A program made the position numbers and the translations under genes. Shown here one piece after another: positions 1 to 9,785 of a stretch of 45,685 nucleotides of DNA. The DNA lies in NCBI GenBank assembly GCA_046754105.1, contig JBHHVD010000011.1, positions 1-45,685 on the forward strand, read 5' to 3'. The stretch comes from Candidatus Krumholzibacteriia bacterium (GTDB lineage: Bacteria; Krumholzibacteriota; Krumholzibacteriia; WVZY01). Positions within the stretch are counted from its first letter, which is position 1. Every line of letters starts with the position of its first letter. Under the pieces are notes generated by a model that was not told the DNA's origin, did not search any database, and saw only the letters and a list, made by a program, of their open reading frames with translations.

Positions 1-924
1 GCCCCGCCGGCCGAACCGGCCCCGCCGGCCGAACCGCAGCCCCCGGAGCCAGAGCTGGACGACACGATCGTGCTTACCCCGGCCGACGAAATCGTACGGG
101 AGGAGCCGGTCTACGACCAGGCGCCCGTGTACGAGGTCCCGCCCCCGGGCAAGAGAACAGCGGCCGGTCCGCCCACCCGGGCGGGCGCCCCCCCGGCAGG
201 CGGCCGCCGGGATGTGCCGCCCGCGCCGAGGGGCGGGGGCAGCTCGACATTTCCCAAAGTCGTCGCCACCGTCCTCTTGATTCTGATTCCGGCTTTCTTC
301 CTGTGGTGGCTTCACCTGACCCGGTCGGTGCGTGAGCAAAACGGGGGACAACCGGAGACGGTAGCGACACCCCCATCCCGGAAGCCACCCCCGGCCGCGG
401 TCCCGGACACGGCTACTACGGTAGCGCGCGCCGGCGGGGATACGCTGGCCGGACGATCCACCCCGGCGAAGCCCGTCGGCAAACCGGGCCCGGCGACGAA
501 AACGCCAGAGCCTGCCGGGGAACAACCAGGGTCGGAGGCCAAGACGCCGGAACCTGCCGGGAAACAACCGGGGCCCGCGACCAGGACGCCGCGACCCGCG
601 AAAAAGACGGAGCCGGCAGTGTCGGTTGCGGGCAAGCTCGACAACAGCATCCTGGTCACCGAAGACATCGGTGAATTCTCGGGGAAGTTCATGGTCCACG
701 TCAGTTCGTTCCGGCAACTCGATCTCGCACGCAAGGACGGCTATTACTTGAACGACCGCGGTTACCCGGTCGTCATCGCCCACGTCGACCTGGGGTCGAA
801 GGGGAAATGGTTCCGGGTCTACGTCGGTCCTTGCGACGCCAGGGACGAGGCAAGAAAGCTGAAAATAGGACTGGACGAAATTCCGAGAGTTACGTTTACT
901 CGCATCACCAAAGTAGGGGAGTAA
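1..924 (+). CDS. SPOR-domain membrane protein (5'-truncated; Pro-rich linker, one TM helix, C-terminal peptidoglycan-binding SPOR domain)
   Basis: Frame of ORF 70..924 is open back to base 1 (APPAEPAPPAEPQPPEP...). TM segment VVATVLLILIPAFFLWWL. C-terminal FMVHVSSF...GKWFRVYVGP...EARKL fits the SPOR pattern. Confidence 0.8.
   Translation, partial: APPAEPAPPAEPQPPEPELDDTIVLTPADEIVREEPVYDQAPVYEVPPPGKRTAAGPPTRAGAPPAGGRRDVPPAPRGGGSSTFPKVVATVLLILIPAFFLWWLHLTRSVREQNGGQPETVATPPSRKPPPAAVPDTATTVARAGGDTLAGRSTPAKPVGKPGPATKTPEPAGEQPGSEAKTPEPAGKQPGPATRTPRPAKKTEPAVSVAGKLDNSILVTEDIGEFSGKFMVHVSSFRQLDLARKDGYYLNDRGYPVVIAHVDLGSKGKWFRVYVGPCDARDEARKLKIGLDEIPRVTFTRITKVGE
481..606 (+). repeat. Three imperfect 42-bp (14-aa) in-frame tandem repeats in the SPOR protein linker
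   Basis: KPGPATKTPEPAGE / QPGSEAKTPEPAGK / QPGPATRTPRPAKK. Confidence 0.75.
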
Positions 925-990
925 GACTGCGCCCGCCGCTCTCGTGACGGGCGTTAGTGGAGCCGTTGGTTCAGATTCGAGGGGTCGATT

Positions 991-3900
991 TTGCGCCTGA
1001 AAAAGTTAGAAATATCCGGTTTCAAGTCTTTTCTCAATCGTCTGGAAATGGATTTTTCCGAGGGTGTGACGGCGGTCCTTGGACCGAACGGCTGCGGCAA
1101 GACCAATATTGTCGACGCGATCCGCTGGGTGTTGGGGGAGCAGAAGACCCGCATGCTGCGCAACACCAAGATGGAAAACGTCATTTTCAACGGGACCAAG
1201 CTCCGCAAACCCCTGGGCATGGCCGAAGTCCACATGACGATGTCCAATGAAAACGGCGCCATGCCGCTGGACTACGGCGACATTACCATTTCGCGCAAGC
1301 TCTACCGCAGCGGCCTCAGTGAATACCAGCTCAACGGTGAGCTCGTCCGCCTGAAAGACATAAAAAACCTGCTGGTGGATACCGGGCTGGGCAGCCATAC
1401 CTATTCCATCATCGAGCGCGAAATGGTGGACTCGGTCATCAGTGACAAAGACCAGGACAAGCGACACCTGCTCGAGGAGGCCGCAGGCGTAATGCGCTAC
1501 CGCCTCCAGCGAGAAGAGGCGCTACGCAAGATCAAGCACACCGAAGCGGACCTCACGCGCCTCGGCGATATTCTCGTCGAGTTGGAAAAGGAGATCCGGT
1601 CGCTTCGCTACCAGATGGGGAAGGCGAATCGTTTTGCCAGGCTCAAGGAGAGAGTCGACCGTATGGAGGCCGCGCTGATCAAGCGGTCGCTACTCGAACT
1701 GCTCGAGAAACGCGACGCCGCGCGACGGGAAAGGGAGCACCACGAAGGGATCACGCTGGCGGACGACAACGAAATCACGCGGCTGGAGAGCCACCTGCAG
1801 GAATCCCGAATACGGGGGTCCGAGCTCGAGCGGCGACTTCAGGACCTGCAGGAGAACCGCTTCGAATTGAGCCAGTCGCTCCAGCAGCGCGAGGAGAGGA
1901 TCGCGATCCTGACCGAGCGTATCGCGAGCACTGGCAACCGCATTCGTGAAGACGAAGAAGAAATAGTGCGCGCGGAAGACAAGTTGATCTCGCTGGCCGA
2001 CGAGTTCGGCGGGTACCAGAGCGCCATCGAAGACAAGGAACGAATGCTCGCGACCCAGCGCGAAGACCTGGCAGCGAGGGAAGCCTCCCTGGCCGAGGTG
2101 TCCGCGGAACTGGAGGCGCTCAAGACGAGGTTGCGTGACAAGAAACAGCTGGCGCTGGACCTCGTACGCGAGAAGGAACGCGAGCGCGGAGAGCGGGAAC
2201 ACCTCCACAACCGGCTCTTCGAAATAGAAGAGAAGAACCAGAAAGAGAATACGCAGCAGGACTCTCTCAAGAGGGAGGAAATGGAGCTCGTGGAAAAACT
2301 GGCGTCTCAGCGGGACGTCGTTGCGGGCAAGAGAGCCGACGTCTCCAGCGTGCTAGGGGCGCTGGAGAAGGCGTCTCGGGACGCCGAGCGCGCAGTGGAC
2401 CTGCTGGCCGCTTGCGAGGATCACCACGCCACGGTCAACATCGAGCTCAACCGGCTGACGGAGCGCAGGGAGTATCTCGAACGGCTCGAGCAGGAGCACG
2501 GCCGGGATGAGGATGATACGATCGCCGGCAGCTCGATCAAGGGTGTACTGGCCGATCACATTCGCGTCGAAAAGAAATACCGCCGGTGTTTCGAAGCCTG
2601 TCTCGCCCCGGTGCTGCAGGGACTGCTGGCGGGCAGCGAGGCGGGGGCGCTCCGCTGCCTGGACGCCATCCAGAAGGCGGGAAAGGGCCGCTACCAGCTC
2701 CTGTATCCGAACGGCGGCCGTGCCGGCGCCGATGTCCCGGCCGCCGGGGGAGTCCTCGGCCGGGCGATCGATTTTGTGGACGGTGATACGAGCGTGATGG
2801 ACTTTCTCCGCCCGTATCTGGCGGACGTGGTGGTCACGAAAGACGTGCCGACCGCCGTCGCCGCAATGGCGGACGATAGAATCGCGCGTGTCGCCACGCT
2901 CGACGGCGTGTACTTCGACGGTCCCGGCCGCATTCTGGTCGCCGGTGCCGACGACATCGAGATAACGCTGCTGGAGATCGACAGCAAGCTCGAGGAACTG
3001 ACGGCCCTGATCGCGAAGGCGAAACTCCGTACGTCGACGCTGCAAAGCCGCAAGGAAAAGCTGATATGCAACAAGAAGCGGTTCATCGAAGAAACCGCCC
3101 AGCTGCGGGAACGGCTGCACGAGACGGAAGTGGAAAAAGACAGGGCGCAGGAGCGGCACCGGACGCTGGAGATCGGGCTGGTCAGGGTTCGGGAAAAACT
3201 GGCCACGCTTTCCGCCTCGGTGATAGAGAACCAGGAGTCGATGAGGGAAATCCAGGAGAGGTTGGGCGCCGGGCCGCGCGCAGTTGAAGAGCTGGTGGAC
3301 GTCGATACGACGGACGACGAGCTATCGGCGTTGGAGAACCGAGCCGTCGAGCTCGAGCGCCGTAAGGAGTCCATCGGCGAGAGTGCCGCCCGCATTCGCC
3401 TCGGCGTCGTAACCGTGACCGGGGAGATCACGACCGCCAAGGAGAAGCGCAGCAACACCGAGATGCTCCAGGGCGAGATGAGGGAGCTCGTGTCCTCGCG
3501 CCAGCAGGACGCCCGGCGCTGCGGCGAGGAGATAACGGCAGCGGAGGGTGAAATCGACGGATCCCGGACACAAATAGCCGAGTTACACGCACGGCTCGAA
3601 GCGGCCGAGAAGGAGATCTCGCAGGTCAAGGAATCTCGGGACGGGGTCAAGGAAAAGTGCAATGGGGTAGAGGAAGAACTCAAGGAGCTAAAGGGCCGCA
3701 GGGACCAGAAAAAGGAGAACCTGCAGCGCTGCGACCTCGAGCTGGCTACGATCGATACGAGGATAGGAAGCCTGACGGAAAAGGCGAAGGAAGACTTCAA
3801 TCAGGACCTCGATCCGTACCTGTCGAACCGCGACTTGTTCGACCCCGCCGAATGGGAGAGGATGGACCACGACGACCTCGCCTCGCTCAAGAGGCAGATC

Positions 3901-4590
3901 GAGTCCTTCGGGCCGGTGAACATGCTGGCGCTCGACGAGCACAAGGAGAAAAAAGAGCGGTTCGAGTTCCTCTCGCAGCAAAAGGCGGACCTCGACGAAG
4001 CCCGGGAGACTCTGATCCAGGCGATCCGGCGCATCAACAACGAGGCGAGGCGGCGGCTCAGTGATACGTTCGAGAAGGTACGCGTCAATTTCAAACAAAC
4101 CTTCCTGACCCTGTTCGACGGTGGAGAGGCGGATTTGCTGTTCGTCGACTCGGACGATCCGCTGGAGGCCAATATCAAGATCGTCGCCAACCCGAAGGGC
4201 AAGAGGCTTCACGACATATCGAGCCTTTCCGGCGGTGAGAGGGCGCTGGTGGCCCTGTCCCTCCTGTTCGCGATTTACCTGGTGAAGCCGAGCCCGTTCT
4301 GCGTATTCGACGAAGTCGACGCACCGCTCGACGACGCCAATATCGCCCGCTTCGTCAACATGATACATTCCTCCACGGGTAAGACACAGTTCATCGTGAT
4401 TACACACAACAAGAAGACGATGGAGGCGGCGGATAATCTCTATGGTGTCACCATGGCGGAACCCGGCGTGTCCAGGATGATATCCGTCCACATCGGAGAC
4501 GTGGACAAGATCCAGTCCCACACCCACGGGCGCCGATCCCCGGGATCCCCGGCGGCGGAATCCACCGAAGAGGTGTCCGTACAGAGCTAG
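991..4590 (+). CDS. smc: Chromosome segregation protein SMC
   Basis: 1199 aa; N-terminal GFKSF, Walker A GPNGCGKTN, long coiled coils around a central hinge, signature LSGGE, Walker B CVFDEVDAPLD, QFIVITH. TTG start. Confidence 0.97.
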   Translation: MRLKKLEISGFKSFLNRLEMDFSEGVTAVLGPNGCGKTNIVDAIRWVLGEQKTRMLRNTKMENVIFNGTKLRKPLGMAEVHMTMSNENGAMPLDYGDITISRKLYRSGLSEYQLNGELVRLKDIKNLLVDTGLGSHTYSIIEREMVDSVISDKDQDKRHLLEEAAGVMRYRLQREEALRKIKHTEADLTRLGDILVELEKEIRSLRYQMGKANRFARLKERVDRMEAALIKRSLLELLEKRDAARREREHHEGITLADDNEITRLESHLQESRIRGSELERRLQDLQENRFELSQSLQQREERIAILTERIASTGNRIREDEEEIVRAEDKLISLADEFGGYQSAIEDKERMLATQREDLAAREASLAEVSAELEALKTRLRDKKQLALDLVREKERERGEREHLHNRLFEIEEKNQKENTQQDSLKREEMELVEKLASQRDVVAGKRADVSSVLGALEKASRDAERAVDLLAACEDHHATVNIELNRLTERREYLERLEQEHGRDEDDTIAGSSIKGVLADHIRVEKKYRRCFEACLAPVLQGLLAGSEAGALRCLDAIQKAGKGRYQLLYPNGGRAGADVPAAGGVLGRAIDFVDGDTSVMDFLRPYLADVVVTKDVPTAVAAMADDRIARVATLDGVYFDGPGRILVAGADDIEITLLEIDSKLEELTALIAKAKLRTSTLQSRKEKLICNKKRFIEETAQLRERLHETEVEKDRAQERHRTLEIGLVRVREKLATLSASVIENQESMREIQERLGAGPRAVEELVDVDTTDDELSALENRAVELERRKESIGESAARIRLGVVTVTGEITTAKEKRSNTEMLQGEMRELVSSRQQDARRCGEEITAAEGEIDGSRTQIAELHARLEAAEKEISQVKESRDGVKEKCNGVEEELKELKGRRDQKKENLQRCDLELATIDTRIGSLTEKAKEDFNQDLDPYLSNRDLFDPAEWERMDHDDLASLKRQIESFGPVNMLALDEHKEKKERFEFLSQQKADLDEARETLIQAIRRINNEARRRLSDTFEKVRVNFKQTFLTLFDGGEADLLFVDSDDPLEANIKIVANPKGKRLHDISSLSGGERALVALSLLFAIYLVKPSPFCVFDEVDAPLDDANIARFVNMIHSSTGKTQFIVITHNKKTMEAADNLYGVTMAEPGVSRMISVHIGDVDKIQSHTHGRRSPGSPAAESTEEVSVQS

Positions 4591-5474
4591 TGTTCGACCT
4601 CCCCTCCAAGCTGCGAAAGACACGGGAGCAGTTTGTATCTCCCCTCAGGGACCTCTTTCATCGCCGGCGGACGCTGACCGCTGAGGATCGTGACACGATC
4701 GAGGAAGTCCTTCTCGCGTCCGACATGGGAGTCGATGCATGCGAGCGTATCCTGGGCGACCTGGCGGCGCGCGATCGCCTGCAAGACCCGCGCGAGTTTT
4801 TGCGCGGGGAGTTGATGGCGTTGCTCGGTTCGGACACGGGCCCGGAGCCACCGCGGAAATACCCGCGGGCGATTATCGTCGCCGGTGTCAACGGCGTCGG
4901 CAAGACGACCAGCATCGCCAAGCTGGCCAGCTACCAGCAGCAGCGGGGGAAAAAGGTGATTCTCGCTGCCGCGGATACGTTTCGAGCCGCGGCCGTCGAG
5001 CAGCTCGAAACCTGGGCGCGGCGCCTGGAACTCGACACGGTCGGGCACCGTGCCGGAGGCGACCCGGCGGCCGTCGCGTTCGATGCGTGCAGCGCCGCCC
5101 GTTCGCGAGGGCTCGACTATGTTATCGTCGATACCGCCGGCCGGCTGCATACCCGCGTCAATTTGATGGAAGAACTCAAGAAGATCAAGAGGGCGTGCGA
5201 GAAAGTGCTCGGACCGGATTCGGTAGAGACGTACCTCGTCCTCGACGCCACCCTCGGTCAGAACAGTCTCCAGCAGGCCTCCGAGTTCACGCGCCACGTC
5301 GATACCACCGGTGTCATCCTCACCAAACTGGACAGCACCGCCAGGGGGGGTATCGTCATCGCCGTCAAGCAGACGCTTGGCATCCCGGTGCGGTTTATCG
5401 GGGTGGGGGAGGGCCTGGACGACTTCGCCGAGTTTGCCGCCGCGGAGTTCGTAGAGGCGCTGCTCGCCGGCTGA
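4590..5474 (+). CDS. ftsY: Signal recognition particle receptor FtsY (NG domain only, no acidic A domain)
   Basis: GVNGVGKTT, DTFRAAA, DTAGR, TKLD, PVRFIGVGE motifs. GTG start overlaps the smc stop; smc-ftsY is a common gene order. Confidence 0.96.
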   Translation: MFDLPSKLRKTREQFVSPLRDLFHRRRTLTAEDRDTIEEVLLASDMGVDACERILGDLAARDRLQDPREFLRGELMALLGSDTGPEPPRKYPRAIIVAGVNGVGKTTSIAKLASYQQQRGKKVILAAADTFRAAAVEQLETWARRLELDTVGHRAGGDPAAVAFDACSAARSRGLDYVIVDTAGRLHTRVNLMEELKKIKRACEKVLGPDSVETYLVLDATLGQNSLQQASEFTRHVDTTGVILTKLDSTARGGIVIAVKQTLGIPVRFIGVGEGLDDFAEFAAAEFVEALLAG

Positions 5475-5536
5475 AGAAGCCGGCGGGAAGGGCCTGGGCC
5501 CCCCGGGGTAGCCGCGCGCCGGCCCTTGGAAGCCGC

Positions 5537-5565
5537 TTGACAAGTGACTGTTTTCACTTAATAAT
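5537..5565 (+). promoter_or_regulatory. Sigma70-type promoter of the rib operon
   Basis: TTGACA (5537-5542), 17-bp spacer, AATAAT (5560-5565), about 10 bp upstream of the riboswitch aptamer. Confidence 0.75.
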
Positions 5566-5575
5566 TCGACAAGAG

Positions 5576-5692
5576 AACCTTCGGGGCGGGGTGAAAGTCC
5601 CCACCGGCGGTACAGCCCGCGAGTGAGCGGCGACGCTCACAGAGCCGGTGAAATTCCGGAGCCGACAGTTACAGTCTGGATGGGAGAAGGTC
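5576..5692 (+). ncRNA. FMN riboswitch (RFN element)
   Basis: CTTCGGGGCGGGGTGAAAGTCCCCACCGGCGGTACAGCCCGCGAG...CCGGTGAAATTCCGGAGCCGACAGTTACAGTCTGGATGGGAGAAGG matches the RFN consensus. P1 ACCTTC/GAAGGT. Lies directly upstream of ribD. Confidence 0.97.
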
Positions 5693-5821
5693 ATCTCGAG
5701 TTACCGCTGCGCCGGCACCCGCCGGCCCGCAGTGGTGTGCTTGCGCTCTCCTTCCCTCCCCGAGTGGTCATTTCCAATCCGCAGCATCCGGCTAAGGACG
5801 GCGGTACGCCGCCGCAGGATT

Positions 5822-7003
5822 ATGGCAGAACCGCACCGGTTGTCCCACGGGCCCTGGGGGCTCGCAGAGACCGACGCCGCAACGGCGCCGGGCGTCGACG
5901 GCTCCTGGATGGACCGCGCCATCGACATCGCGTGGCTGGGGGCGGGACGGACACATCCCAACCCGCTCGTAGGGGCGGTCGTCGTCAAGGGCGACACCAT
6001 CGTCGGTGAGGGCTACCACGAGGCGTGCGGGCTCGAGCACGCGGAAGTAGCCGCGCTCGCCCGGGCGGGGGGCGACGCGCGCGGGGCGACGTTGTACGCA
6101 ACCCTGGAACCGTGCGCGCATTTCGGCAGAACGCCGCCGTGCACGGAACGAATACTGGAAAGCGGTGTGAGCCGGGTCGTGGTTTCCACGATCGACCCCG
6201 ACCCGAGGGTCAACGGGGCCGGCATCGATGCCCTGCGGCAGGGCGGTATCGAAGTGACGGCGGGCCCGAGGGCCGAAAGGGCCATGTTGCTCAACATCCC
6301 GTATTTCAAGCGCACGCTGGGGTTGGGGGCCGCCGTGACGATCAAGGCGGCGTGCTCACTCGATGGCCGGATCGCAACGCGGCGCGGCAGCCGAGACACG
6401 ATAAGCGGCGGACAAGCCCGCCAGTTCGTTCACCGGCTACGTGCGGTGCACGAAGCGGTGCTGGTCGGTAGTGAAACGTTGCTCGTCGATCGGCCGCGGC
6501 TGGATTGCCGTCTGATCGACGGCGCGCGCGTGCCGACGCCCGTCGTGATGGACGCGCGGCTGCGCTTTCCGACGGATTGTCCGTGGATCGGGCAACGAAG
6601 ACCGTTCATCGTCCTCACCTCGCGGGACCACGATGGCGAGCGGCGCTCGCGTATCGCAGCGGGCGGGGGCCGCGTACGAGCGGTAGAGAAAAAGGGCGGA
6701 CGGCTCGATCCGCCCTCGGCGCTCGGCGGCCTGGCGCGGGAAGGGGTCACGAGCGTCCTCGTCGAGGGTGGCGCCGGCGTTTTCTCGAGCTTCATGGAGG
6801 GGAATATGTGGGACGCGCTGCACGTCTTCGTCTCGCCGCTCCTCTTCGGTGCGAAGGGCGTGGGCCTGTCGCCCCGGGCGATCGACCGCGCGCGGCTCGG
6901 AGCGGTCCCGGTTGCGTCCGCCGTCTTCGGAGCGGACGTGCTCGTGAGTTATCTGAGCGGGAAAACGCGAGACGTGCTTATGGAAAAGCTCGTTCCCCGG
7001 TAA
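5822..7003 (+). CDS. ribD: Bifunctional diaminohydroxyphosphoribosylaminopyrimidine deaminase / reductase RibD
   Basis: PNPLVGAVVV, HAE, TLEPCAHFGRTPPC zinc motifs; SLDGRIA and VLVEGG reductase motifs. Start moved to ATG 5822 because the ORF-track start lies inside the riboswitch. Confidence 0.93.
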   Translation: MAEPHRLSHGPWGLAETDAATAPGVDGSWMDRAIDIAWLGAGRTHPNPLVGAVVVKGDTIVGEGYHEACGLEHAEVAALARAGGDARGATLYATLEPCAHFGRTPPCTERILESGVSRVVVSTIDPDPRVNGAGIDALRQGGIEVTAGPRAERAMLLNIPYFKRTLGLGAAVTIKAACSLDGRIATRRGSRDTISGGQARQFVHRLRAVHEAVLVGSETLLVDRPRLDCRLIDGARVPTPVVMDARLRFPTDCPWIGQRRPFIVLTSRDHDGERRSRIAAGGGRVRAVEKKGGRLDPPSALGGLAREGVTSVLVEGGAGVFSSFMEGNMWDALHVFVSPLLFGAKGVGLSPRAIDRARLGAVPVASAVFGADVLVSYLSGKTRDVLMEKLVPR

Positions 7004-7019
7004 CCCCGGGAGTCGAGGG

Positions 7020-7649
7020 ATGTTTACGGGAATCGTACAAGAGATCGGTGTGGTGGCGAACCGGCAAGACGTGGCCGCCGGCGTTGCCTTCGTCATCGCG
7101 GCGCCCTCCGTCAGCGGGCGTCTCGGCGTGGGCGACAGCGTGGCCGTAAACGGCGTTTGCCAGACGGTGGAGACGGTGGACGGCGAGGGCTTCGGCTTTA
7201 CGGCGGTGGGGGAGACTCTCCGCCGCACGACGCTGGATTCGCTCGAGGGCACGGCCAGGGTGAATCTCGAAGCGGCAGCGACACCGCTGACCGCCCTGGG
7301 AGGGCACCTGGTGCAGGGGCACGTCGACGGCGTGGGGGAGGTCGAGTCCTTCGCGACAGAGGGAAAGGACAAGCTGCTGACGGTACGCCTGCCCGAACGG
7401 GTTTGGGAACTTGCAGTGGACAAGGGTTCGATCGCGATCGACGGAGTGAGCCTGACCGTGGTCGTCCCGAAGGCGGATAATCTGATTACAGTCACCATCG
7501 TGCCCTTCACCCTGGAGAATACGATCATCGGGGACTACGGGAGCGGCACGAGGGTCAACGTCGAGGCGGACATCATCGGCAAGTACGTAATGGAGTACTT
7601 GCGGAGGATAGACCCGGAGAATCGGAAACCGTATCAAGAGGAGATGTAA
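7020..7649 (+). CDS. ribE: Riboflavin synthase (alpha chain)
   Basis: N-terminal [53 protein letters not shown]. Confidence 0.97.
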   Translation: MFTGIVQEIGVVANRQDVAAGVAFVIAAPSVSGRLGVGDSVAVNGVCQTVETVDGEGFGFTAVGETLRRTTLDSLEGTARVNLEAAATPLTALGGHLVQGHVDGVGEVESFATEGKDKLLTVRLPERVWELAVDKGSIAIDGVSLTVVVPKADNLITVTIVPFTLENTIIGDYGSGTRVNVEADIIGKYVMEYLRRIDPENRKPYQEEM

Positions 7650-8896
7650 TGAGCGTTTTTTGCAGTGTCGAAGAAGCGATCTCCGAGATTCGCAGGGGAA
7701 AGATAGTTATCGTGGTCGACGATGAATCACGGGAGAACGAAGGCGACATGATCATCGCGGCGGAAAAGGTGACACCGGAAAAGATCAACTTCATGATCAA
7801 GCACGCGAGGGGACTGGTCTGTCTGGGCCTTACAGCCGAGCGTTCGCGGGCACTGGACCTCAAGCCGATGGTGGCCGACAATACCGCCAAGCTGGGAACC
7901 GCCTTCACCGTTTCGATCGACGCCGTCCAGGGCACGACGACGGGCATCAGTGCGTTCGACCGTACGGAGACCATACGCGCCGTCATCGCGCCGAAGTCAC
8001 GCGCCGAGGACTTCGCCAGGCCCGGCCACGTCTTTCCGCTGACCGCCTACCCGGGTGGCGTATTGAGACGCGCCGGGCACACGGAAGCGTCCGTGGATCT
8101 GGCCATGCTCGCCGGTCTGTGTCCGGCGGGGGTCTTGTGCGAGGTGATCGACGAGGACGGCCACATGGCCCGGCTGCCGAGGCTGGGGAGGCTCGCGGCG
8201 GAACACGGGTTGAAAATCGTTACCATCCAGAACCTGATCGAGTACCGGCGGCGGACCGAGAAGCTGGTTTCACAGACGACGAGAACCGAGCTGCCGACCC
8301 GCTACGGGAGATTCACTCTGCATCTGTACCGGAGCGAGATCGACGACGCGCAGCACGTGGCTATGGTCAAGGGCGATATCGGCGGCGACGAGCCCACGCT
8401 CGTCAGGGTCCACTCGGAGTGCCTCACGGGCGACGTGTTCGGTTCGGAGCGGTGCGACTGCGGCTCGCAGCTCGGCATCGCGCTGGCGCAAATAGAAAAC
8501 GCGGGCCGGGGCGTCCTCTTGTATATGAGGCAGGAGGGCCGTGGCATAGGCCTGGAGAACAAGATCAAGGCCTACGCGCTACAGGAACACGGGCGGGATA
8601 CCGTCCAGGCCAACGAAGAACTGGGTTTCGCGCCGGATCTTCGTGACTACGGCATCGGTGCGCAGATACTGGCCGACCTTGGAGTCAAGAAGATGCGTCT
8701 GTTGACCAACAACCCCAAGAAGGTCGTCGGCCTGAAGGCGTACGGGCTGGAAATCGTCGAGAGAGTGCCGGTCGAGATCGCTCCCAACGAGAACAACGTC
8801 GACTATCTCGCGACCAAGAGGGACAAGCTCGGTCATTTCCTCGCCGGCCTGGACTCGCAAGTATCCACCTTGAACGGTACCGATCGCAAGGAATGA
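7649..8896 (+). CDS. ribBA: Bifunctional DHBP synthase / GTP cyclohydrolase II
   Basis: [61 protein letters not shown]. Confidence 0.97.
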   Translation: MSVFCSVEEAISEIRRGKIVIVVDDESRENEGDMIIAAEKVTPEKINFMIKHARGLVCLGLTAERSRALDLKPMVADNTAKLGTAFTVSIDAVQGTTTGISAFDRTETIRAVIAPKSRAEDFARPGHVFPLTAYPGGVLRRAGHTEASVDLAMLAGLCPAGVLCEVIDEDGHMARLPRLGRLAAEHGLKIVTIQNLIEYRRRTEKLVSQTTRTELPTRYGRFTLHLYRSEIDDAQHVAMVKGDIGGDEPTLVRVHSECLTGDVFGSERCDCGSQLGIALAQIENAGRGVLLYMRQEGRGIGLENKIKAYALQEHGRDTVQANEELGFAPDLRDYGIGAQILADLGVKKMRLLTNNPKKVVGLKAYGLEIVERVPVEIAPNENNVDYLATKRDKLGHFLAGLDSQVSTLNGTDRKE

Positions 8897-8900
8897 CGGG

Positions 8901-9362
8901 ATGCCCAACGTGCACGAGGGCAGGATGCAAATCGGCGACCACCGGATCTCGATCATCGCGGGGCGCTACAACGAGTTCGTCACCACGTCCCTCGTCGAGA
9001 GCGCCGTCGAGTGTCTCGTCAAGCACGGCGCGGACCCGGCGGCGATAGACGTCTACTGGGTGCCCGGCGCCTTCGAAGTGCCGCAGATGGCGCTAAGGGT
9101 GGGCGCGGAACGGCGGGCGGACGGCATCATCTGCCTGGGGGCGATCATCCGCGGCGAGACAAATCACTTTGACATACTGTCGGCGTCTGTTATTGGTTCA
9201 GTCGCGGAGGTTTCGAGCCGATGTTCGATCCCGGTGACATGGGGCATCGTTACCGCGGACACGCTGCAGCAGGCGACGGCTCGCGCCGGGGGCAAGGTGG
9301 GGAACAAGGGATGGGAAAGTGCACTGGCGCTGGTTGAAATGATGTCGCTATGGGAGAAGTGA
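8901..9362 (+). CDS. ribH: 6,7-dimethyl-8-ribityllumazine synthase
   Basis: VPGAFEVP, CLGAIIRGETNHFD, RAGGKVGNKG; position in the rib operon. Confidence 0.96.
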   Translation: MPNVHEGRMQIGDHRISIIAGRYNEFVTTSLVESAVECLVKHGADPAAIDVYWVPGAFEVPQMALRVGAERRADGIICLGAIIRGETNHFDILSASVIGSVAEVSSRCSIPVTWGIVTADTLQQATARAGGKVGNKGWESALALVEMMSLWEK

Positions 9363-9368
9363 CGGCAA

Positions 9369-9785
9369 GTGGGGAAACGGCGAAAGGCACGCGAGGTCGT
9401 TCTGCAGGCCCTTTACGAGGCGGAGTTCTCGGACAAGGCCTGGGGCGAGATTCTCGACGGACAAACGAAGGACAGGGCGTCGACCGAGGAGACGGTGGAG
9501 TACGCCAGCCTGCTTCTGGCGAAGGTTCGAGAGTCCGTCGAAGACCTCGACGAGAGAATACGCGCTTCAGTGAACAACTGGGAACTCGAACGAATATCCC
9601 TTGTTGACAAGAACATCTTGAGATTCGCGCTCGCCGAAATCCTGTATTTTCCAAGTGTGCCGTCCAAGGTCATCATAAACGAGGCGATAGAGATCGCTTA
9701 CAAGTACAGCTCGCGCGAAGCGGGAAGGTTCGTGAATGGAATTCTCGACCGGTTCGCGCGTGAGCACAGGCGGGACGAGACGTGA
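9369..9785 (+). CDS. nusB: Transcription antitermination factor NusB
   Basis: RRKAREVVLQALY, WELERISLVDKNILR, KVIINEAIEIA, FVNGILD; classic ribH-nusB order. Confidence 0.96.
   Translation: MGKRRKAREVVLQALYEAEFSDKAWGEILDGQTKDRASTEETVEYASLLLAKVRESVEDLDERIRASVNNWELERISLVDKNILRFALAEILYFPSVPSKVIINEAIEIAYKYSSREAGRFVNGILDRFAREHRRDET

Noticed and set aside
925..960. Hairpin CGCCCG...CGGGCG after the SPOR gene, and GC-rich stems after ftsY (5475-5530), as terminators
   Set aside because: No convincing U tract follows; such stems are expected at this GC content.
5623..6009. 128-aa ORF and the 5648 start for ribD
   Set aside because: Both begin inside the FMN aptamer; RibD similarity starts only after ATG 5822.
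6380..6410. RibD reductase segment reads SRDTIS where many homologues have SQWIT
   Set aside because: Single local divergence with flanking motifs intact; not enough to infer altered function.
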